This document shows positions 50,672 to 58,147 of a DNA stretch of 64,000 bases, one piece after another; the first letter of the stretch is position 1; every line of letters starts with the position of its first letter. The notes under the pieces were generated by a model. The model did no database searches. It had not been told where the DNA came from and saw nothing but the letters and a program-made list of their open reading frames with translations. The stretch covers positions 17,790-81,789 of the forward strand of contig JAKAHV010000011.1 of NCBI GenBank assembly GCA_021825295.1, written 5' to 3'. The DNA is from Nitrospirota bacterium (GTDB lineage: Bacteria; Nitrospirota; Thermodesulfovibrionia; Thermodesulfovibrionales; JdFR-88). Made by a program: the position numbers and the translations under genes.

Positions 50672-53347
50672 ATGAAAGCCTGTCGAGTCCTAAAAATCAA
50701 TGAATGGATATGGGCCTCAAATTCCGCCAAGTCCGGCTTTTTTATTGTGAAAAAAAGAGGCTTGCTGTCACTAATCCTGGTTTTGTTATTCGCCCTCTCG
50801 GCGTGCGGTGGCGGCGGGGGATCGGCTGGCGGAGGTGCGACTGCCATAAGCGGCAAGGTCATAGACGGGCCGGTATCGAACGCATCGATAGCTGTTTACC
50901 AGGTTACCTCTGCCGGTCTCGTCAAGGTAGGCACGGGGTCAACCGCCACGGACGGGGGCTTTTCCTTAAGCATCCCGAATTACAATTCTTCCGACTACTA
51001 CATACTCTTTGTTTCCGGCGGGACGTTCACCAATAACGGCGCCGGCACTAACGCACCGGATATGATAGGATTTCTTGTCCCCGGGGGAGGACCCCAGGTA
51101 TTCATAACCCCTGTCAGCACTTTAATAGGAGATGCGCTGTTTTCAAACGGTGCCTTGAATCAGAACCTGACCGCAGCGCAGGTACAAGCCGATATTCAGC
51201 AGATGTTGGCCGCCCTTGAACAGATTTTTAAATCCATGTCCAACGATAGCGCGGGCACGATATCTTCCACCGATCCCACCGGGCAGGCCAGTCTTGATAA
51301 ACTCGTGGCAGAGCTTAACGCCATTTTACAGACGTTTGCAAATGACATTGCAGGCCAGACCGGGGAAAATTACACGCAGGCAATGGCGGACCTTTTAAAT
51401 TTTATTGCCAGGCACGCCTCAAGCTTCAGCCAGGCAATGCAGGGCGCGGCATCCGGTTCGGGGAGTTTTTCTTTATCGGGAATTACCATCTCGGGAGGCA
51501 GCGGGGGCACGACGGATATCTCGGGCACACTGAGCGGCAATTACCAGACCAACCTGCAACAACTCATGAACCTGCAGTCTGGTGGAAACGGTGGAAACGG
51601 CGGAGGATCAAGTGCGATCAGCGGACATGTTTATAGCGGTCCTGCCACGCCTGTAGCCGGTTCCACGGTGACCCTTTACTCTGTGGGCTCCTCGGGGAGC
51701 CCGTCTGTCCTGGGCAGCGCATCTTCGAATTCAAGCGGCTCATTTAACATCCCCTATACCAAACCGGGGGGCTCCAATATCCTCTTTCTGACAGCCGCAG
51801 GCGGAAACGCCGGGTCCGGAGTGAATTCCGGGATCATGCTTGCGGCCATTGCCGGACAGGCGGCGTCCGCGCCGTCTTCGGTCACGGTAAACGAGCTTAC
51901 GACGGTGATGGCTGTAGCGGTCGTCGGCGCGCCCACAGGTTCCATTTCCCCGGCGGCAAACTACTTGCCGGGGAACATATCCAAAACAGTCCTGGACCGG
52001 ACCGCTGAGCTGCTTTTCCTTGAAAACGCGGGAACGGGACAATTTGCGTCCCTTCCTTCCGGGTTCGTCCTGGGCACGGACAACATAAACGCACTCGCGG
52101 ACGTACTGGCCTCCTGTGTCGAGTCCGCATCAGGCTCGCAGGCCTGCTCAAACCTTTATGCGGATTCCGTTCCCTCGGGCGGGACCGCCCCATCAAACAC
52201 GCTTGCCGCAGCTTCGGACATCTATAAAAACATGTTCTCCCTGAACATGGGGTCCCTGTCCGGCCTGATCCCGTCAACGCCTCCGTATTCGACGGCATAC
52301 TCGGCCTCGAAGGCCATCCCAAACGGGGCTGTTGTTCTGAATATAAGCGGCAACGGCTTGAATTACGCCACGTGGCTGGCGCCGGACCCGAGCGGCAATA
52401 TCTGGGTGGACGATTGGGGCTATGACATAAACAACATCAACAACCTGACCGAAATCCCTGTCACAAACGGGGTCCCGGGGACGCCGTCCATAAAAATGAC
52501 CGGCAACTATCTGACCTTCAATCCGACACGCATAATAGCGGACCACGCCGGCAACATCTGGGGTGGAAATGAGACCACAGTCCCCCAGGTGATCGAGATA
52601 CCGATGACCAACGGCTTGCCGGGCACTCCGGTAAATATAACCGGCAACAGCATAACCTTCCCGGGGAGCTTAACGGTTGACCCCGCCGGCAACATCTGGA
52701 TGTTAAACCAGAACAGCGGAACCGTAACGGAAATCCCGGTCAACGGCGGGAAAGCCGGCACGCCGGTGGCCGCCGCAACCGTGCCGGGTCCGGCCGGCTA
52801 TGGCCCCACCGCGATCGCATCCGATCCCGCCGGCAACATCTGGGTATCCGATTATCAGGGCTCAGGCCAATCCGGCACCGTTACCGAGATACCGGCAGCA
52901 GGCGGCGCGGCTGTTAATATAAGCGTCCCTGTATATCCCGGTGTGATAGCGTCCGATCCGGGCGGCAACATCTGGGTGTCAGGTCTCACCTATCCAAATT
53001 ATGCCAGTGAATTGACCGAGATATCGGCCTCGGGCGGCGCTCAGGTAAACGTTACCGGAGGCGGCCTGGACGGGCCGAATGCCATAGTGTCCGCTCCGAA
53101 CGGCAATATCTGGGTGGTGGATGGGGGAAGCGCTGCGGCGGCTGGCAACAGCCTGACAAAGATCCCCGTTTCCAAGGGCACACCCGGCGCGCCGGTAAGC
53201 ATGCTCATACCGGGCATGTATAATCCAAGGGGGCTGGCATTGGACACCGACGGCAACTTCTGGGTGTTAAGCGATACCCAGGCGCAAAACATAGGGGGCA
53301 TTAAAAACAACAGCGTATTCGTGGTCATGGGCGGCGTTGCGCCCTGA
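50672..53347 (+). CDS. Large lipoprotein: two CarboxypepD_reg-like Ig domains, Gly/Ser linkers, and a C-terminal 7-bladed NHL/Vgb-like beta-propeller
   Basis: Lipobox LLFALSACGGGG. ISGKVIDGPVSNASIAVYQV and ISGHVYSGPATPVAGSTVTLYSV. There are seven D(P)xGNIW repeats: DPSGNIWV, DHAGNIWG, DPAGNIWM, DPAGNIWV, DPGGNIWV, APNGNIWV, DTDGNFWV. The start could be GTG 50747. Confidence 0.8.
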   Translation: MKACRVLKINEWIWASNSAKSGFFIVKKRGLLSLILVLLFALSACGGGGGSAGGGATAISGKVIDGPVSNASIAVYQVTSAGLVKVGTGSTATDGGFSLSIPNYNSSDYYILFVSGGTFTNNGAGTNAPDMIGFLVPGGGPQVFITPVSTLIGDALFSNGALNQNLTAAQVQADIQQMLAALEQIFKSMSNDSAGTISSTDPTGQASLDKLVAELNAILQTFANDIAGQTGENYTQAMADLLNFIARHASSFSQAMQGAASGSGSFSLSGITISGGSGGTTDISGTLSGNYQTNLQQLMNLQSGGNGGNGGGSSAISGHVYSGPATPVAGSTVTLYSVGSSGSPSVLGSASSNSSGSFNIPYTKPGGSNILFLTAAGGNAGSGVNSGIMLAAIAGQAASAPSSVTVNELTTVMAVAVVGAPTGSISPAANYLPGNISKTVLDRTAELLFLENAGTGQFASLPSGFVLGTDNINALADVLASCVESASGSQACSNLYADSVPSGGTAPSNTLAAASDIYKNMFSLNMGSLSGLIPSTPPYSTAYSASKAIPNGAVVLNISGNGLNYATWLAPDPSGNIWVDDWGYDINNINNLTEIPVTNGVPGTPSIKMTGNYLTFNPTRIIADHAGNIWGGNETTVPQVIEIPMTNGLPGTPVNITGNSITFPGSLTVDPAGNIWMLNQNSGTVTEIPVNGGKAGTPVAAATVPGPAGYGPTAIASDPAGNIWVSDYQGSGQSGTVTEIPAAGGAAVNISVPVYPGVIASDPGGNIWVSGLTYPNYASELTEISASGGAQVNVTGGGLDGPNAIVSAPNGNIWVVDGGSAAAAGNSLTKIPVSKGTPGAPVSMLIPGMYNPRGLALDTDGNFWVLSDTQAQNIGGIKNNSVFVVMGGVAP

Positions 53348-53610
53348 GTTCCGGGCTGCTGACTGGCAATAGTTGCCGGGCTCGTCAAATTCGATTTGAT
53401 GATAACTGCTCAGGCAGGAATTGCAATCGGCCCAGTACTGGCCGTTTACGTCATTGCAGGCCCCGCAGGACGGCCATGGCAATCCGCTTGTTTGCGGCCA
53501 TATCTATTACTACTACAACTGTCCGGTAATCGTTACTGCCGCCGGGGCGGCCGGGGTGAATGAGTCCCCGGTTATTAGGTCTTACATGCCGCGGGTGGAC
53601 GAAAGGGGGC

Positions 53611-54612
53611 TTAAAACCTGTGGCAGCCCGTGCAGAAGCTGCGGTAATCGTTGTAGTCCGCAAAGAGCATGTAATGAAAGTTTGAGGCATGCGGGCTGTG
53701 GCACGAGGCGCAGGACAGCTCCTGCCCGGGGTGCCTCGGGTCCGGCCTGCCGCGTATGGGATGGGGCTGTCCGTTAAAAAACGTGATTATGTGGTCGCCT
53801 GTCATGCCGACATGGCATGATTGGCACAGATCGGTGGGGAACTTCCTCAGCCAGTACTGCCAGTCGGACCCGTGGGGGTCATGGCACGCGGTGCACATCC
53901 CCATCGCCGTGGGGCCGTGCATGTACTTCATCTTCTTCCAGGCGTCTATCGTGTCCTGATGGCACATGGCGCAGGTCTGGCTCACGGGAGAGGCCACCGC
54001 GTACATCGGCTTGGCGTTTTTATTGTGGCAGGTAAGGCAGCCCCATGTCGCGGCCGGGCCGTGGACGTATTTATGCGCCGTTATGCCCTTGTGGCAGACA
54101 TAGCAACTGGAGTCCGACGGTTTCGCGGGATAGTCGTCCGACTTCGCGGGCTCCATCTTGTGGCACAAAAAACAGTCGCTGCGGCTGTCGTGAAAGAGGT
54201 ACTGCTTATAGCCGTCGGGCTCCACATTGTACTGGACGGACAAGGCGGTGCGGACAAAAACGCTTACCTCCGCGGCGGCCACCGCGCCGCCTCCCTTCAG
54301 CGCCGAGACGGCTATCCGGTTCATTCCCGGCTGGACGGCGTCCCTGTCGCAGACAACGACCTTGTCCCCCAGCGGGGTGATCGTCTTGGCCACCTTGCCG
54401 TTTATCGATATCTGCACGGCGTCAAACGCGCCCTTGGGCACCCTGCAGACCACCGCCAGGCTCTGCGCCTCTTCCACGAATGTGCCGTCCGCGGGCGAAA
54501 GTATCTTGATATTGTCCGCGGCGAGGGCGGGGCGCTCAATGAAACCGCTGGCAAACGGGAATCCCGTCAGGAGGGCGACAAAAACCAGTGCACAAAAGGC
54601 AATCCGCTTCAT
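53611..54612 (-). CDS. Octaheme c-type cytochrome with an N-terminal Ig-like domain
   Basis: Signal peptide MKRIAFCALVFVALLTGFPFASG. Eight CXXCH motifs (CFLCH, CYVCH, CLTCH, CAMCH, CTACH, CQSCH, CASCH, CTGCH). The ATG overlaps the upstream stop by 1 nt (TAATG). Confidence 0.9.
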   Translation of the reverse strand: MKRIAFCALVFVALLTGFPFASGFIERPALAADNIKILSPADGTFVEEAQSLAVVCRVPKGAFDAVQISINGKVAKTITPLGDKVVVCDRDAVQPGMNRIAVSALKGGGAVAAAEVSVFVRTALSVQYNVEPDGYKQYLFHDSRSDCFLCHKMEPAKSDDYPAKPSDSSCYVCHKGITAHKYVHGPAATWGCLTCHNKNAKPMYAVASPVSQTCAMCHQDTIDAWKKMKYMHGPTAMGMCTACHDPHGSDWQYWLRKFPTDLCQSCHVGMTGDHIITFFNGQPHPIRGRPDPRHPGQELSCASCHSPHASNFHYMLFADYNDYRSFCTGCHRF

Positions 54613-55754
54613 TACTGCTTCAGGATGATCTTCAGGGCATTGCCGTAAGCGGAGGCCGCTTCGCGTGTTTTGCCCTGCTTTTCATATACTTTCCCCTCAT
54701 AGATATAGATTTTCGCGTCCATCGGGTTAATCTTCACCGCTTCGTCAAACATCTTTTTCGCCTTTGGAAGATTGCCTTCGCTGCCATAGACATAACCCAG
54801 ATAATAATAACAGGGGGGATACGAATCTTCAAGTTTCAGCGCCTTTTCCAGGAGGGCCTTGCCCTCGGCCGTCTTTCCCCCGTCAAGGAGTATTTTGCCC
54901 AGCTTGCACATGGCGATGACGTTGTCGGGCTGCTTGTCCAGGGCGTCCTTGTACTGCTGGCCGGCAAGCTCAGGGTTTTTCTGGGCGGCATAAATGTCTC
55001 CCATGGATATGTAAGGCAGAGCGAATTTGGGGTCTGCCTCTATCGACTTCTTGAACCAGACCGGGGCCATCATGGCGGAACGGGGCGATTTGAGCATCCT
55101 CATGCCGAGATTGTAGCACCTTACCGCCTCGTCATTGGGCTCGTACCCCTTTTTCACCTTCACTGTCTGGGCGGCCCCGGGCTCGAAGATGCCGGTTATA
55201 TAGCCCGCCATCTCGTCGGAGCCAATTACGGGGAAACCCGAGAGCTCGTATTTTATCACCCTGTCCTTATCCAGGATGACAGTCGTGGGCACTGCTATGA
55301 CGCCATAGTCATGGAATGTGGCGAGCCCGTAATCCACCAGGACCGGGTATTCGATCTTCAGGCTTTTTATCTCCGCCTTTATCTTGGACAGGGTATCCCT
55401 TGTGATGTCCTGGCCGTCCACGTCTATTGCCACCACCGACAGCCCCTTGTCCTTGAACTTGCCGTAAAGGACCTCCATCCGCTTAAGGGCATCCCCCGAG
55501 TTCACGCTCCAGGTGGACCAGAAGAGCAGGACCGTGAGCTTTTTACCCCGCACATCGGCGAACACCTTAGCCTGGCCGTCCAACCCCCTCACCGAGAAAT
55601 CCGGCCCCTTCATCCCCGTCTGCAGGTTCTGAAGGGTGGCGGCGGAAGGCGCCGTCATCATGATGGCGGCGGCAAGAGAGGAGATGAAAAGCAGGACCAG
55701 ATAAATCAGGTTTGCGCCCCTGAGCGCCCGGTGTCCCTTCCGGTGAAGATGCAT
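54612..55754 (-). CDS. Membrane-anchored thioredoxin-fold (TlpA/ResA-like) + TPR protein lacking the CXXC motif
   Basis: N-terminal TM helix. LTVLLFWSTWSVNSGDAL occupies the position where redox-active homologs carry W-C-x-x-C. C-terminal TPR repeats. 1-nt overlaps with both neighbours. Confidence 0.75.
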   Translation of the reverse strand: MHLHRKGHRALRGANLIYLVLLFISSLAAAIMMTAPSAATLQNLQTGMKGPDFSVRGLDGQAKVFADVRGKKLTVLLFWSTWSVNSGDALKRMEVLYGKFKDKGLSVVAIDVDGQDITRDTLSKIKAEIKSLKIEYPVLVDYGLATFHDYGVIAVPTTVILDKDRVIKYELSGFPVIGSDEMAGYITGIFEPGAAQTVKVKKGYEPNDEAVRCYNLGMRMLKSPRSAMMAPVWFKKSIEADPKFALPYISMGDIYAAQKNPELAGQQYKDALDKQPDNVIAMCKLGKILLDGGKTAEGKALLEKALKLEDSYPPCYYYLGYVYGSEGNLPKAKKMFDEAVKINPMDAKIYIYEGKVYEKQGKTREAASAYGNALKIILKQ

Positions 55755-56371
55755 CAGTCCCTTCCTTCTTTGTATTTTTCCAGGCCCTTTTTATACGCCG
55801 CGAGGGCCTCCTTGTCCTTGCCCAGTTTTTCGTAAACCCGGCCCAGCTCGTAGTAGGTCTGCAGCGGGTCCGGGTTCAGCACGAGGGCCGACTTCAGGAC
55901 CGCGGCGGCCGCCTGGAAGTCGCCTTTCTTCGCGAGGATTATGCCCTTGCCGGTCTTGGCCGTATGGAGGAACGGATTGATGCGCAGCGCGTCGTCGAAG
56001 GCCTTCATGGCCTCATCGAGCGAGCCTTTCTTGACCAGCAGGTATCCAAGCTGCACATAAGCCGTGGTGCAGGTAGGGTCCGCGGCAACGGCCTGCCTGG
56101 CCTTCGCCAGGGCCTTATCCGTGTCGTTTTCGCGCGCAAGCACGGCGGAATCGCGCACGAGGGCCTCCGCCTTTTGCCGGGGCGTTAGCTTGACTGGCGC
56201 GGCCGGCCGGGCGGCTGCGGCAGGATGGGCGGCCGGAAGGGGCATGGAGCCCGATGCGGCGGCCGGCTTCACAGCAGACGCATTCTCCGCAAACGCGGCC
56301 GCCGGCCCCAGGGCCGCAAACAGCAGGCAGCCCGCGATCACCGCGGCGTATCTCATCCCGCAGCCCCGCAT
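55754..56371 (-). CDS. Secreted TPR-repeat protein
   Basis: Signal peptide RYAAVIAGCLLFAALGPAAAFA, then TPR-like helices (AYVQLGYLLVKKGSLDEAMKAFDDALRINP...). The start is 56371 or 56356. Confidence 0.7.
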   Translation of the reverse strand: MRGCGMRYAAVIAGCLLFAALGPAAAFAENASAVKPAAASGSMPLPAAHPAAAARPAAPVKLTPRQKAEALVRDSAVLARENDTDKALAKARQAVAADPTCTTAYVQLGYLLVKKGSLDEAMKAFDDALRINPFLHTAKTGKGIILAKKGDFQAAAAVLKSALVLNPDPLQTYYELGRVYEKLGKDKEALAAYKKGLEKYKEGRD

Positions 56372-56390
56372 ACCGGTACAGCGCCCGCCG

Positions 56391-57722
56391 TCATCTGTTT
56401 TTCACCGGGTTTACCCGGTCGTACCTGAACGTCTGGTGGCAGCCGGGCGAGCACTGGCCTCCGGTGGCCGTCTTCTTGAAGTTTATCGGGGCCTTCCACG
56501 CGCCGAAGAGGAAGAAATCCCGGATGTGCTTGGGATTGTTGCTCGCATGGGGGCTATGGCATATCGTGCAGGTGCGGCCCTTGAGCTGGTTAACGTGCTT
56601 GTAGTGCAGGTTCACGTTGCCGTTCCTGAAATTGGTGAGAGTCGTCGTATACTTCTCGCTTGGAATCGTCTTTTCATGGCACATGAAGCAAAGGGCGTAG
56701 TTCTTGGGGTCGTAAGGTGAATAGAAGGTCGGCGGGAAGTAGGCCCTGAGCATCCTGAAGTTGCTGCTGCCGTGAGGGTTATGGCACGCGGTGCAGTCCT
56801 TCTCCCTTATGGGCCCGTGCCAGTCCTTGTTTGCCGCGAGATAGGCCTTCATGTTTTTGATCTTCCCGGTCGGGGTATTGTAAGTCTTGTCATGACAGGA
56901 AAGACAAAGGTCCATGGGCTGCATCCTCAGCATCTTAGCGTAATTGGTGGCATGCGGGTCGTGGCAGTTGAGACACTTTTTCCCCGTCTGCAGGGCGCCG
57001 TGCTTCGTGGTCGCAGCGGCGATCTGGTCCTTTTTCCCTGTGTGGCACGTCAGGCAGAGGTCCTCCGTGCCGTCCGCTATTAGGTTGTACTTGTAATTGG
57101 CGCTGTGCGGGCTATGGCAGTTTATGCAGCCCATCTCGACTGCGGGATGCACGTGCTTGCTGTTTTTGATCTGGTCGGCCTTGTCCGTGTGGCAGGAAAA
57201 ACAGACGTTGTTGCCAACGGCGAAAAGCATCCTCGGGTTGTCAGACTGGTGGGGGTTATGGCAGACGGTGCACTGCCCTGTCGCGGCCGGCCCGTGCTGG
57301 AATTTGCCCCCCATCAGGGATTTCTTGTGGCACATGAAACAGAGGTCCGAACCGGCGGCCCGTAACTGGTATTTGTATGGAGACTGGTGGGGACTGTGGC
57401 ACGCGGTGCACTCGCCGGCCTTGACGGGAGGGTGAACGGTCTTCATCGTGTCCATCCTGTCGTGGCACTGGTAGCACAGGTCCGATACATTCTTGGGGGT
57501 CGGCTTGAACTTGTGCTTGCCCACCGGCTTATGACAGAAAACGCAATCGCCAGCGGCCATCGGGCCGTGGATGAATTTGTCCTTGCCCATCCCGCTGTGG
57601 CACTTGTCGGTCACGCAGCTGTTTTTTTTCACGGCGGCCAATGCCTTTCCCCCGCCGGCCGCAAAAAGGAAAATGGAAACAACCGCCACGTACATAAACC
57701 AGGACTTCCGCACTTTACTCAT
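56391..57722 (-). CDS. Multiheme c-type cytochrome (13 CXXCH + CX4CH + CX3CH)
   Basis: Signal peptide SWFMYVAVVSIFLFAAGGGKALA. Thirteen canonical CXXCH motifs, many as CxxCH(S/N/D)PH. CVTDKCH lies near the N-terminus and CSPGCH near the C-terminus. I chose ATG 57722 (AAGGGGGA upstream). Confidence 0.9.
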   Translation of the reverse strand: MSKVRKSWFMYVAVVSIFLFAAGGGKALAAVKKNSCVTDKCHSGMGKDKFIHGPMAAGDCVFCHKPVGKHKFKPTPKNVSDLCYQCHDRMDTMKTVHPPVKAGECTACHSPHQSPYKYQLRAAGSDLCFMCHKKSLMGGKFQHGPAATGQCTVCHNPHQSDNPRMLFAVGNNVCFSCHTDKADQIKNSKHVHPAVEMGCINCHSPHSANYKYNLIADGTEDLCLTCHTGKKDQIAAATTKHGALQTGKKCLNCHDPHATNYAKMLRMQPMDLCLSCHDKTYNTPTGKIKNMKAYLAANKDWHGPIREKDCTACHNPHGSSNFRMLRAYFPPTFYSPYDPKNYALCFMCHEKTIPSEKYTTTLTNFRNGNVNLHYKHVNQLKGRTCTICHSPHASNNPKHIRDFFLFGAWKAPINFKKTATGGQCSPGCHQTFRYDRVNPVKNR

Positions 57723-57868
57723 CTCTGCCCTATTCCCCCTTATTTCAGGCTTCCAGGCCCCCAAAGATTTTCAGTTTTGCAAAAATCAACATATTTTATT
57801 TTAGAGCGGGTAATAATGTCCACTATTAATTTACTAGGATGCTGAAAAACTATTTACAAGCCTCTGAT

Positions 57869-57952
57869 CCGTCATTCCCGCGCAGACGGGAATCCAATTT
57901 TTTCAATTACTTATGTGTAAAATGGATTCCCCGGTCAAGCCGGGGAATGACG
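57869..57952. repeat. REP-like palindromic unit pair (CGTCATTCCC ... GGGAATGACG)
   Basis: Hairpin ATTCCCG-CGCAGA-CGGGAAT (57874-57893) and hairpin ATTCCCCGG-TCAAG-CCGGGGAAT (57926-57948). The outer 10-nt arms are also complementary. Confidence 0.65.
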
Positions 57953-57996
57953 AAGTTGGGACCCGGAAAATCTATTCAATTCCGCTGCTTACTTTT

Positions 57997-58011
57997 TGGC
58001 ATGGCAATTGC
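57997..58011 (+). promoter_or_regulatory. Candidate sigma-54 promoter TGGCATGGCAATTGC (second exact copy)
   Basis: Identical to 1277-1291. The -12 GC lies 137 nt upstream of ATG 58148. Confidence 0.55.
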
Positions 58012-58147
58012 TTTTCCCTGGTTTCGTTACTTATTTTGACGCGGAGCTAAAATCTCCATGAAAAATTGACGATAATTCTGGTAGGATTATGCGGTTTATA
58101 AATAAACTTAAAAGTTGATAAATTAATACGAAAATGGGGACGGGTAG

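Noticed and set aside
53267-53482. 71-aa minus-strand ORF with two CXXC pairs (PSCGACND...CNSC) in the gap between the propeller gene and the octaheme gene; considered as a small zinc-ribbon protein.
   Set aside because: It has only a TTG start with no convincing RBS, and its last 81 nt overlap the 3' end of the propeller gene on the other strand. I recognise no family. I cannot exclude it, but the support is insufficient to call it.
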